A DNA stretch of 50,070 bases from Candidatus Saccharimonadia bacterium (GTDB lineage: Bacteria > Patescibacteriota > Saccharimonadia > UBA4664 > SCTI01), in assembly GCA_046597065.1 (NCBI GenBank), contig JBKJLI010000002.1, forward strand, positions 1 to 50,070. The letters are read 5' to 3'. This document shows positions 9,773-18,895 of this stretch, in pieces; within the stretch, counting starts at the first letter, position 1, and each line of letters starts with the position of its first letter. The position numbers and the translations under genes were made by a program. The notes beneath the pieces were generated by a model. It searched no databases and was not told the DNA's origin. It worked only from the letters and a program-made list of their open reading frames with translations.

Positions 9773-9950
9773 CTAGATTTTCGATTATTAAGAGTTTGAT
9801 TCTCTTCGACTGCAGAATTCAAAAGTTGGCCACTCCCGCCGGCACACGGTTGAATATCAGCGATCCATGTATTCGCATCGCCCTACCGACCGACGCCGCG
9901 CGCGAACAGGACACTGAGAATCGCCGTCTATTCACCGGCACCGCCTAACC

Positions 9951-9977
9951 TTTAGGCCCTGGTAACCAGGGCCTAAA
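9951..9977. terminator. Perfect 12-bp hairpin, probably a bidirectional terminator
   Basis: TTTAGGCCCTGG-TAA-CCAGGGCCTAAA between convergent genes. Confidence 0.6.
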
Positions 9978-9999
9978 AAGTACTTATATTCATTTAAAT

Positions 10000-10027
10000 A
10001 AAAAACCGGCTACAAGATGTAACCGGT
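10000..10027 (-). terminator. Intrinsic terminator after the NUDIX gene
   Basis: - strand ACCGGTTACA-TCT-TGTAGCCGGT followed by a T run. Confidence 0.65.
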
Positions 10028-10053
10028 AGAGGCGAGTCGTCGGTGCTCGCCCC

Positions 10054-10530
10054 TTAGATTTGGGGTACTGGTATGTCCCAGCCATACCGGCATAGGGCGG
10101 TATGGGCGCCACCGCTGAGAAATGGCAGCTGTGACTTTTTGAAAAAGCCTACCTCGACAATTTCGGCGCCTCGGTTGGTTTTGTAATCTAACAGCTCGCC
10201 ATGAAAAAGATCTAGATGGCGATTACCCACGCATGTTTGACCAAGAGAGGTCAGTTTAGGGGCGGTAATGCCAAGTTCTTGCACGATCTCTTTTTGGGCT
10301 TGGGCATATGGTGACCCGAGCCACCAGCGCAGCCCACCAGGTAGAAACCAGTCATCGCTACCGTAGCTGTGGCGAACCAGCACTACCATGTCTTGGTAAC
10401 TGAGTACTACTAGAACGCCGGGAATTTCCGGTAGCCGAAGCAGTTTATATACCCTGGTGAGGGTATATGCAATCCTTAATGCGAGTACCCTCATTCGCTT
10501 TTCCAATCTGTTTGGGTGCAGACTGGACAC
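10054..10530 (-). CDS. NUDIX-fold protein with degenerate Nudix box
   Basis: VLVRHSYG..WFLPGG..AQKEIVQELGI and EIVEVGFF...LP resemble small NUDIX hydrolases; start uncertain. Confidence 0.7.
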   Translation of the reverse strand: MSSLHPNRLEKRMRVLALRIAYTLTRVYKLLRLPEIPGVLVVLSYQDMVVLVRHSYGSDDWFLPGGLRWWLGSPYAQAQKEIVQELGITAPKLTSLGQTCVGNRHLDLFHGELLDYKTNRGAEIVEVGFFKKSQLPFLSGGAHTALCRYGWDIPVPQI

Positions 10531-10871
10531 AATTTAAGCCATAACTGGCTATTTTGCAACCGAGTAAATGATTTTTAGTATTAGCCGACCCGTCATATTC
10601 ATACAGTAGAGAAAGTGCCGTAATCTACTTGACCTAGGCTAAAGCAACCCTTCATTTAGGCCAGGGAGTATTGTGTACTCACTATAATCGCCTCCAACTG
10701 CCAGCAGCAGTTTTAATAGCCCCAGCGGCTGTTTGTTAGGTTAATAGCTATTAACCCGGAGGTCTTGGATTAAAGCCTCATAACTGGCCCCAGGAATTAT
10801 TCTCAAGTTGCCAGATAGCAATATGATTGCATATACTTAAACATAGTACTTATGTTTAAAAGGCGAAAATT

Positions 10872-12632
10872 ATGGCGAACGAGCCAAAACCAGAAATTTC
10901 ACAAAACCCAACCATAAACTCAAACTCACCCGTACCAACTGCTAGTAATCGAATGCCGCTGCATAAATCACATAAGGTTTTATACGTAGTGATAGCATTT
11001 TTAGTCGCCCTGTTAATTGGGGCCGGGGTATGGCTATACCTACTTTCAAATAATAACGATAATTCCGCCCAACCCGCAAAGCCCAAATCGCAAACTGCAT
11101 CTAAGCCAACGCAATCAAAGGTTGATGCTGATTTAGCTAAGTTTATAAATCCAACAACCGGCGAAACTTGGCTGGCTAGCCCTGTAAAGTTAGCAAAGTT
11201 AGGATATTTTAAAGATAGCGAATCCGAAAATGCAGCGGAGTATTTTAAAGTTGGTAGCCACGGGGCTAACACACTGATTATGGGTGAGTTTACTATGGTC
11301 GGAACCGAGGCGGTAGTGTTCGAAAAGTCACCAGCTGGGCAGGTTACGGCGATCATCCACCCCGATGGCCAAGCGGTGTATGACCAGGATGAGGATAAGT
11401 TTAGAAAAGAAGAGTTTGCTACCAGTATCAAAATTGATTCAACGACCCACTTTGACTCCTTATCACTTCCGCCAAAATTTGATCTTGATAAGGGTTACGT
11501 TGTCACCAAGCCCAACTATGCAACTTTAGGTGACATTATAGATTTTGGGGGCTCGCCGAATGCCCCAAAAACCTCTTTAGTACGTAAGATTGGCGCAAGT
11601 TCGCTATATCGCGATGAAACGGTATATACCGATACAAAATTGACTTCGATTGGCTACCACTTGCAAACACCGCTGGGTACATCTATCAATTTGGGTTATA
11701 CACCCTTAGAACTCGAGGCAAATCAGTACCAATGGTCATCAAATTCAATTGATGACAAGTTTCACGCCATTACTCGCGGATGCGGCGGAAGAGCATCCTC
11801 TGTCTCTAGAGTTGATAACCTGAGTGATGCAGACTTTCGAACGGTTGCTAAATCACCTTCTGGCCAGCAGGTCTACGAGCTGACCGATAGTGGCAGCCCG
11901 CTGATCCAAAAAGCCTACAGTGAATATAAAGACTTTAGTTCGGGTGATACCAGTGATGTTAACGCCGGAATTTCCAAAGCCGACTTTATTAAGGCGCATG
12001 CGATAGTAGGGTATAAGGATCATTTTGGACAGTGGCTAATTTACGTACGAGACCAGCTGGCGCCGGCCGGTGGTTGCGCAAAACCGGTGATATACCTGTA
12101 TCCAACCCATAGCCAGAATGTATCGGTAAGGGTGGGCGCAAATGTCAAATTATCAGAACCCTTTTATGATCCCTTAACCGGGTGGCAAAATGTACTAGCC
12201 AATCCCAACGGCACTTTGAGTGTAGGTGGAGTTAAATATGACTCACTGTTTTGGGAGGGCCCAGGAACGGGTTCGTATCCTTCTATTAACTCAGGGGTAG
12301 TTGTAGCGACCGACCAGGCAGTTACAAAAATTCGCCAGCAATTAGCCGAGCAAGGGTTAAATAGCAAAGAGGTAAACGACTTCGTCGACTATTGGAAAGA
12401 CAAACTACCTAAAACCAAATATGTCCGCTTAACCTGGTTAAATACAGCAGATATGAATCGCCTAGCGCCACTTACAATTAACCCAAAGCCCGATACAACT
12501 ATACGCGTCTTTCTAGACTTTGCCGGTCTCGATACACCCATAGATTTACTGGCGCAGAAACTAAATAAGGTCGATCGTAAAGGCTTTACGGTTGTGGAGT
12601 GGGGCGGATTGTCGCCATATAAGCTTTATTAA
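10872..12632 (+). CDS. N-terminally anchored surface protein with conserved C-terminal KPVIYLYP domain of unknown function
   Basis: TM helix near residues 36-58; KPVIYLYP, LFWEG, FVDYW, IRVF, GFTVVEWGG motifs. Confidence 0.75.
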   Translation: MANEPKPEISQNPTINSNSPVPTASNRMPLHKSHKVLYVVIAFLVALLIGAGVWLYLLSNNNDNSAQPAKPKSQTASKPTQSKVDADLAKFINPTTGETWLASPVKLAKLGYFKDSESENAAEYFKVGSHGANTLIMGEFTMVGTEAVVFEKSPAGQVTAIIHPDGQAVYDQDEDKFRKEEFATSIKIDSTTHFDSLSLPPKFDLDKGYVVTKPNYATLGDIIDFGGSPNAPKTSLVRKIGASSLYRDETVYTDTKLTSIGYHLQTPLGTSINLGYTPLELEANQYQWSSNSIDDKFHAITRGCGGRASSVSRVDNLSDADFRTVAKSPSGQQVYELTDSGSPLIQKAYSEYKDFSSGDTSDVNAGISKADFIKAHAIVGYKDHFGQWLIYVRDQLAPAGGCAKPVIYLYPTHSQNVSVRVGANVKLSEPFYDPLTGWQNVLANPNGTLSVGGVKYDSLFWEGPGTGSYPSINSGVVVATDQAVTKIRQQLAEQGLNSKEVNDFVDYWKDKLPKTKYVRLTWLNTADMNRLAPLTINPKPDTTIRVFLDFAGLDTPIDLLAQKLNKVDRKGFTVVEWGGLSPYKLY

Positions 12633-12746
12633 GTCTTAACTTTTTTATTGAAGAATATTTAATATGTTAATTAATTCATCTTTAACTAAGCCCCGCGAGG
12701 TCATTGCTGCCTAGTGGGGCCTCGTACTATTAATTGTAATTATTTG

Positions 12747-12774
12747 TTGACACCATTTTAGCCGGGAGTATCAT
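12747..12774 (+). promoter_or_regulatory. Sigma70-type promoter upstream of candidate ncRNA 1
   Basis: TTGACA-16 nt-TATCAT with AT-rich sequence upstream. Confidence 0.65.
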
Positions 12775-12780
12775 TGAGAT

Positions 12781-13162
12781 GTACGCAAGTATGAACACGC
12801 GACCCGGCAAAGGGGCAATGACATCATGATCCGAGGTACCGAGGCCTAGAAGGCCTGCCGCAAGCCGAAGTTCTTCCCTGGAGGGAAGTAGGTGAGTAAG
12901 GGCGGGTTCAAGCCCGTGGCGCTGGACCGTTAGAGCTGCCTCCCGTGGTAGTTCGTACGGGCTTGGCCCGTCTTTACCGCCGTTCGACGTTCGAGCACCA
13001 GTAAGTTCGTCTCGCAAGTTCAGCACCTCCTCACACCGGTTCCTGTCGGTCTTACCCGACACAGCACCCCCCGCTGGCAGTCTAAACTTGACTGCGGAAC
13101 CATCGATCACCGCCCTGGTGGATTAAGGCACGGATGCCTTGATTCACCGGGGTGATTTTTTT
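12781..13162 (+). ncRNA. Candidate large structured ncRNA of unknown class (ncRNA 1)
   Basis: Promoter, at least six local hairpins, long-range stem 12827-12841/13095-13109, terminator; G-U pairs favour the + strand; no credible ORF. Confidence 0.7.
13111..13162 (+). terminator. Intrinsic terminator
   Basis: 20-bp stem 13111-13130/13135-13154 with four G-U pairs, CGGA loop, then ATTTTTTT. Confidence 0.85.
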
Positions 13163-13225
13163 ATCAGCAAATATTAAGTCTAAGTCTGTATCATCAAGGA
13201 TGTCATAACCAAATAGGAGGTATCT

Positions 13226-13723
13226 ATGGCATCGAAAAGAACAATTTTGGCCGGGGGGTTGGCCAGCTTAGCAGCAGTTGCAGTAATTGGCGTGGGTTCG
13301 GTGGGCGCTGCAAGCCAAACTGGAGCCGGCAACAATCTAAGCGACAAAATATCATCGGCCTTTCATTTAAATAAAGCCGATGTGCAGAAAGTCATCGATC
13401 AAGATCACAGCGAGCACATGGCTCAGCGCGAGGCAGAGCACCAAGCCAAGTTAGATCAAGCGGTTAAGGATGGCAAAATTACTTCAGCCCAGAAGGATCA
13501 ACTAGAAGCTAAGCAAAAAGAATTGCGTAGCTTCATGGACACACTGAAAGATAAAAGCGAGTCTGAGCGGCATACCGCCATGAAGGCAAAGCTTGATGAG
13601 TTTAAGCAGTGGGCAACCGACAACAAGATTTCTGCGGATGTTGTAGGGCCTGGTCATCACAGGGGGCATATGGAAGGACGCATGGGCGGACACATGGACG
13701 TCGATATGCCTGAAGCTAACTAA
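13226..13723 (+). CDS. Secreted helical hypothetical protein upstream of a two-component pair
   Basis: SD AGGAGG; signal peptide; LDQAVKDGKIT..Q motif; G/H/M-rich tail. Confidence 0.8.
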   Translation: MASKRTILAGGLASLAAVAVIGVGSVGAASQTGAGNNLSDKISSAFHLNKADVQKVIDQDHSEHMAQREAEHQAKLDQAVKDGKITSAQKDQLEAKQKELRSFMDTLKDKSESERHTAMKAKLDEFKQWATDNKISADVVGPGHHRGHMEGRMGGHMDVDMPEAN

Positions 13724-13779
13724 GCTGTAACTACAATCCCCAAGTATCATCAAACCAGCGCGTAGGATGATTAAAAGCG

Positions 13780-13804
13780 ACCGCCGATCCGCATCGGCGG
13801 TTTT
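13780..13804 (+). terminator. Intrinsic terminator
   Basis: CCGCCGAT-CCGC-ATCGGCGG-TTTT. Confidence 0.75.
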
Positions 13805-13920
13805 GCTATTGTTAACTGATTATTAGCATCGCTAGGGGTATAAATGCGCTTTAAATTGGCTGTAAGGCCTAAAAAAAGTCTTTCAGCGTACTCTCAGATA
13901 AAAGCGTTTACAATGATGTT

Positions 13921-14607
13921 ATGAGAATTCTAGTCGTCGAAGACGAACATAAGATTGCTGGCGCCATTAAAAGGGGGCTAGAGCAGGAGTCGTTTGCCGT
14001 TGATGTAGCCTACGACGCCGATGAAGGTGTAACGTTAGCCACCAGCGAAGATTATGATTTGGTTATTCTAGACCGTATGCTCCCCGGCTTAATTGAGGGA
14101 GTGGATATCGTAAAAGAGATGCGAGCAAATCAAATCCACACACCTGTACTGCTACTTACCGCTAAAGACAAAATTGAGGATCGTGTCACCGGTTTAAATG
14201 CCGGAGCCGATGATTATTTGGTAAAGCCTTTTGCTTTTACAGAACTGTTAGCGCGATCGCGGGCACTACTAAGACGCCCTCAAGAAACCCTGGATACGGT
14301 ATTAAAATGTGATGACTTAGAGCTAAATACCGTTAGCTTTGAAGTTCGACGAGCCGGCAAGCCAATCAAACTTTCGGCAAAAGAGTTCGCCTTGCTAGGG
14401 TATATGCTGCGCAATCAGAATCAAACCCTAACCAAAAACCATCTAATAAACCACGTTTGGGATTATGATGCTGACGTATTGCCGAACACTGTAGAAGTTT
14501 ATATTGGCTATTTGCGTAACAAAATTGATCGTCCATTTAATGGGCCAGATTTGATTCATACCAGCCGCGGCTTTGGCTACAAGCTGGGCGTAGCCAGCCA
14601 TGTTTAA
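13921..14607 (+). CDS. OmpR/PhoB-family response regulator
   Basis: RILVVEDE, LDRMLPG, GADDYLVKPF, winged helix VEVYIGYLRNKID..RGFGY. Confidence 0.95.
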   Translation: MRILVVEDEHKIAGAIKRGLEQESFAVDVAYDADEGVTLATSEDYDLVILDRMLPGLIEGVDIVKEMRANQIHTPVLLLTAKDKIEDRVTGLNAGADDYLVKPFAFTELLARSRALLRRPQETLDTVLKCDDLELNTVSFEVRRAGKPIKLSAKEFALLGYMLRNQNQTLTKNHLINHVWDYDADVLPNTVEVYIGYLRNKIDRPFNGPDLIHTSRGFGYKLGVASHV

Positions 14608-15625
14608 ATCAGCTACCCTGCGGCTAACCGGCTGGTATCTAGTTATTGTAATGGCGCTGAGTTTGTTTTTTAGTTTTGTGATATATCAAAACTCAACCCA
14701 TGAGTTGGATAATAGTTTGCGCCATCAGCTGGGAGTTTTTCAGCAGGTGCCGCGAGTGACGGTTAATGGTCAGGTTTTTGATTTTGAGATGTTAAGAGAG
14801 CGCCAATTAGATGAGGGGCAACAGCATCTTAGAGCTTATTTAATTAACTTAAACCTGTTAATTTTATTGGTTGCGGGATTTGGTAGTTACTTTTTAGCAC
14901 GACGGACTTTGCGGCCGATCGAAGAAGCGCTTGAAGCTCAAAGTCGGTTTACAGCCGATGCCTCACATGAACTGCGTACACCTCTAACAGCCATGAAAGC
15001 CGAAATCGAAGTGGCGCTGCGTGATACCAAACTTAACACCAGCGATGCTAAGCTATTGTTCGAAAGTAATTTAGAAGAGATTGAAAAGCTGGAGTTGCTT
15101 TCAAATAGTTTGTTAATGCTGGCGCAAGGAAGTGACGGTCAAAAAGCTCATAAACTGGTTTTGATTAACAAGGTTTTTATAGAGGCCGAGACCAGGACCA
15201 AAAAGTTAGTCAAAATAAGCAAAACTCAATTACTAATTAAAACACCACAGGCCAGTGTTCGAGGCGATTTTGACAGCTTGGTCGAGCTACTTGTAATTTT
15301 GATCGACAACGCTATTAAATACGGTGCTGATGATAAGCGCGTTGAGTTGAGCGGCCGAGCAAGCACAAAATGGCTAACCATCGAGTTAAGTGATAACGGC
15401 AGGGGGATTGCCCCCAAAGATTTGCCCCATATATTCAGTCGTTTTTACCGGGCCGACGAATCTAGGAACAAAAAACAGGTTGGCGGTTTTGGCTTGGGGC
15501 TAGCAATTGCTAAGCAAATTGTGGAAATGCATCATGGCACAATCATGGTTGAAAGCGTTCCCGGTAGTGGTACCAAGTTTGTTATTAGGCTTCCGCTGGC
15601 CGTATCACCAAATCCAACCAATTAA
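14600..15625 (+). CDS. Sensor histidine kinase
   Basis: Two TM helices, H box DASHELRTPL, N box DNAIKY, DNGRGI, FSRFYR, GFGLGLAI. Confidence 0.95.
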   Translation: MFKSATLRLTGWYLVIVMALSLFFSFVIYQNSTHELDNSLRHQLGVFQQVPRVTVNGQVFDFEMLRERQLDEGQQHLRAYLINLNLLILLVAGFGSYFLARRTLRPIEEALEAQSRFTADASHELRTPLTAMKAEIEVALRDTKLNTSDAKLLFESNLEEIEKLELLSNSLLMLAQGSDGQKAHKLVLINKVFIEAETRTKKLVKISKTQLLIKTPQASVRGDFDSLVELLVILIDNAIKYGADDKRVELSGRASTKWLTIELSDNGRGIAPKDLPHIFSRFYRADESRNKKQVGGFGLGLAIAKQIVEMHHGTIMVESVPGSGTKFVIRLPLAVSPNPTN

Positions 15626-15701
15626 AAATATAGCTGAGTAGCATTTACCTTGGCTCAGCAAGTTGTTAGTGCCATAATGTCTTCAGATAGGCGTAAGCTT
15701 T

Positions 15702-16508
15702 ATGACCAACGACAACCACATCCGCCATCATCGCCACCCCGGCTACAGCTACTCGATCCACCCCAAGCAGCGGTGGTACGGCTTGGTATTCGTACCAATT
15801 GCGGTAGTTGTTCTGGCAGCATTGGTTTTTAAACCGGCTCAGTCTTCAGCCTTGGTATCGATACCCGAGCTAACGGGGGCGCTATTATTAAGTATGGTGC
15901 GACTATTGGCGGCCTACATTTTGGCGGTGGCGCTGTCGCTTCCACTAGCCTTGTTAATAAATCGCAGTGCTTTTACCGAGCGAATCTTTTTGCCGGCTTT
16001 CGATATTTTGCAGTCGGTACCGGTGCTAGCGTTTTTCCCAGTGGTAATCGTGTTTTTTGTGCACTACAACTTTTTAGAAGGTGCGGCCGTGTTTATCATC
16101 TTTATTAACATGCTTTGGAACCTAGTATTTAGTTTGGTCGGTGGACTGCGTCAAATCCCCCTAGACATTAAATCTGCTGCTCGCGTTTTTGGTATTACCG
16201 ATTGGCGTTATTTGCGCACGGTATTAATTCCGGCAATTTTCCCCTATCTTGTCACCGGCTCGCTGCTGGCCTGGGCAGAGGGCTGGAACATGCTTATCGT
16301 GGCTGAGGTTCTACATACCTACTTGCCTGGAAGCAGCCAGTCTTCGGATTTGTTTGGCATTGGCAGTGTAATGGTGCACGCATCGGCTAGTGGTCAGGGA
16401 AGCATTTTTGTAGCGGCGATTGTGGTGATGATTGTGGCGATTGCCCTTATGAACCTGTTTATCTGGCAACGCCTGTTAAGGGCTACCGAAAGGTTTCGTT
16501 TTGAGTAG
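15702..16508 (+). CDS. ABC transporter permease (NitT/TauT-like)
   Basis: DILQSVPVLAF, EAA-like loop SAARVFG, LIVAE. Confidence 0.85.
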   Translation: MTNDNHIRHHRHPGYSYSIHPKQRWYGLVFVPIAVVVLAALVFKPAQSSALVSIPELTGALLLSMVRLLAAYILAVALSLPLALLINRSAFTERIFLPAFDILQSVPVLAFFPVVIVFFVHYNFLEGAAVFIIFINMLWNLVFSLVGGLRQIPLDIKSAARVFGITDWRYLRTVLIPAIFPYLVTGSLLAWAEGWNMLIVAEVLHTYLPGSSQSSDLFGIGSVMVHASASGQGSIFVAAIVVMIVAIALMNLFIWQRLLRATERFRFE

Positions 16509-17235
16509 CACTGCCACCGACATCATCCAGCTGCATGGAGTGGATAAGTCCTATCCGCGCACTAGCCATCCGGCACTAATAAATATCGACTTTTTGGCGG
16601 TACGGGGTGAATTTATTGTGATCGTTGGACCGTCTGGCTGTGGTAAATCTACGCTGATTAAAATTATTGCTGGGCTAGAGCAGGCCAGTGAAGGTCAAGT
16701 AAAAGTTCCAAGCAAGGTATCGATGGTGTTTCAGTCTGGAGCTTTGTTCCCTTGGTTAACAGTAGCAAGTAATGTCAGTGTGGTTTTGGAATCCAGCGGA
16801 TTAAGTGAGGCACAAATTAGGCGCCGCGTACGCAAGCATTTAGAAATGGTGGGGCTGGATCAGCTAGCCGAAAAATACCCGCGCGAGCTTTCGGGTGGCC
16901 AGCGCCAGCGAGTTGGCTTGGCTCGAGCACTGGCGGTTGAGCCAGAGGTATTGGTTTTAGATGAGCCATTTGCGGCACTAGATATTCGCACTACCGATCA
17001 ACTGCATGCCGACTTATTAAAGATTTGGCAAGAAACCCAAAAAACCATTGTTATGGTATCGCACTCGATTGAAGAGGCGGTAACATTGGCCGACCGCATC
17101 GTTTTGATGAACAGCGGTAAAATCGCCCGCACTTACCACCTTGCCGATATGGCCAGGCCAAGGCGCGAACAAGCCAACAACTTTATCGAGCAAGTACAAG
17201 TAATCAGGCGCGATTTTTTGGGGCTAGGCGAGTAG
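16501..17235 (+). CDS. ABC transporter ATP-binding protein (NitT/TauT-like)
   Basis: GPSGCGKST, LSGGQRQR, LDEPFAALD, VSHSIEEA. Confidence 0.93.
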   Translation: MSSTATDIIQLHGVDKSYPRTSHPALINIDFLAVRGEFIVIVGPSGCGKSTLIKIIAGLEQASEGQVKVPSKVSMVFQSGALFPWLTVASNVSVVLESSGLSEAQIRRRVRKHLEMVGLDQLAEKYPRELSGGQRQRVGLARALAVEPEVLVLDEPFAALDIRTTDQLHADLLKIWQETQKTIVMVSHSIEEAVTLADRIVLMNSGKIARTYHLADMARPRREQANNFIEQVQVIRRDFLGLGE

Positions 17236-18827
17236 TGGGCGATAGCTTAAAACACCCAACGTGGTGGCAAAAAGGCGTAATCTATCAGATATATATTCGC
17301 TCATTTTGCGATTCAAACGGCGATGGCATTGGCGATTTACAGGGCGTAATTTCTAAGTTAGATTACCTGGCCGATTTGGGTATTGATGCTATTTGGTTAT
17401 CTCCGGTGACAGTCAGTGCTAACGCCGACTGGGGCTACGATGTCATGGACTTTTACGACATAGACCCAGACCTTGGGACGCTAGATGATTTTGATGAGCT
17501 TCTAACCGCGGCCAAGCGCCGCAACATAAAGGTAGTGTTCGACTTTGTGCCAAACCATACCAGCACAAAGCATCCCTGGTTTTTAAACGCATTAACCGGG
17601 CGCGATGCTAAATATCGCAACTACTACCTATGGTCGGATAGGGTACATGGCCACCGTCCAAATAACTGGCGGTCGTGGTTTGGCGGCAGCGCTTGGAGCT
17701 ATCATGCATCAACCAAACAGTATTATCTACACAACTTTTTGCCGCAACAGGCCGATTTAAACTGGCGCAATCCCGATGTTAAGGTAGAGTTTGATCGTAT
17801 AATTAAATTTTGGCTCGATCGAGGGGTAGACGGTTTTCGCATCGATGTGTTTAATATGATGATTAAAGATAAGCAACTACGTGATAATCCCAAAACTGCA
17901 AAGGGTGATGATTTAGAGTTGGTGGTGTTTGGGCAGCAACCTTTGTACACCACTTCGCGACCAGGTGTGCACCAAATTTTAAAGCGCTGGCGAGCAATTG
18001 CCGATAGCTACCCAGGCCATCGTTTGTTGCTAGGCGAAACTACTATGACCTATAACGTTAAAAAAGTGGCTACCTATTATGGTGAACAAGATGAGCTCGA
18101 ACTGGCCTTTAACTTTAACTTTTTGCGGGCACGTCTTAATGCTAGCGAGTTGCGCAACGTGGTAGAAGAAACTGAAGATGCAATTAGGTTACCCAACTGG
18201 CCAGTTTGGAGCGGATCCAATCACGACGAACCGGCCCGTTTGGCCAGCCGTTGGGCCGGTGGTGATGAGCGTAAAATCAGGGCGGCCTTGGTGGCATTGC
18301 TAGCCTTAAAAGGCACACCAGTGCTGTATTACGGCGATGAGATTGGTTTGCAGAACGTTTACGTACCGCCCTGGAGGTTGCGCGATCCATGGGGTAAAAA
18401 GTACTGGCCAATCTATGCTGGGCGTGATCGAGGGCGTACTCCGATGGCATGGCGCCATCGCCGTGGAGCTGGTTTCACCGATCCAAATGTGCGTCCATGG
18501 TTACCATATGGTGAACTGGCTCATCGCAACGTGGCAACCCAGCGCGCAAAAAAGGATTCCACCTGGCAGTTTGCGCGGGACTTGATTGCGCTTAGGCGCA
18601 AGCATCGCGATTTAAGCCAGGGTGGTTACGAAACCATTGCGACGGTACCTAGTGTTTGGGCCTGGCGAAGAGGCAATACTACTGTAGTGGTAAACATGTC
18701 GAAGTTCCACCAGGAGATGTTAAATATACATGGCAAGGTTGTATTAGGTAGTGATCGAGCTCGGGAGGGCCATCGAGTTAGTGATTTGCTGCATTTGAAA
18801 CCCTGGGAAGCAGTAATAATAAATTAA
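17235..18827 (+). CDS. GH13 alpha-glucosidase/oligo-1,6-glucosidase family protein
   Basis: WW..VIYQIY.RSF.DSNGDGIGDL, VPNHTS, GVDGFRID, LLGE, SNHD, YYGDEIG. Confidence 0.93.
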   Translation: MGDSLKHPTWWQKGVIYQIYIRSFCDSNGDGIGDLQGVISKLDYLADLGIDAIWLSPVTVSANADWGYDVMDFYDIDPDLGTLDDFDELLTAAKRRNIKVVFDFVPNHTSTKHPWFLNALTGRDAKYRNYYLWSDRVHGHRPNNWRSWFGGSAWSYHASTKQYYLHNFLPQQADLNWRNPDVKVEFDRIIKFWLDRGVDGFRIDVFNMMIKDKQLRDNPKTAKGDDLELVVFGQQPLYTTSRPGVHQILKRWRAIADSYPGHRLLLGETTMTYNVKKVATYYGEQDELELAFNFNFLRARLNASELRNVVEETEDAIRLPNWPVWSGSNHDEPARLASRWAGGDERKIRAALVALLALKGTPVLYYGDEIGLQNVYVPPWRLRDPWGKKYWPIYAGRDRGRTPMAWRHRRGAGFTDPNVRPWLPYGELAHRNVATQRAKKDSTWQFARDLIALRRKHRDLSQGGYETIATVPSVWAWRRGNTTVVVNMSKFHQEMLNIHGKVVLGSDRAREGHRVSDLLHLKPWEAVIIN

Positions 18828-18895
18828 GAAAGCCCGTTTTATTGACAGACGGCTTGGCTAGCTACCATACTAAGCCTATTAACTTAGGCATATTC

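Noticed and set aside
10540-10830. Intergenic stretch with an 18-bp palindrome (GGTTAATAGCTATTAACC, 10739-10756) and a stop-interrupted - strand frame
   Set aside because: It could be an operator, a small RNA or a decayed gene, but nothing independent supports any one reading.
12730-13110. 126-aa - strand ORF over ncRNA 1
   Set aside because: No SD or protein motif; it runs through the + strand promoter, and G-U pairing and the terminator favour a + strand RNA.
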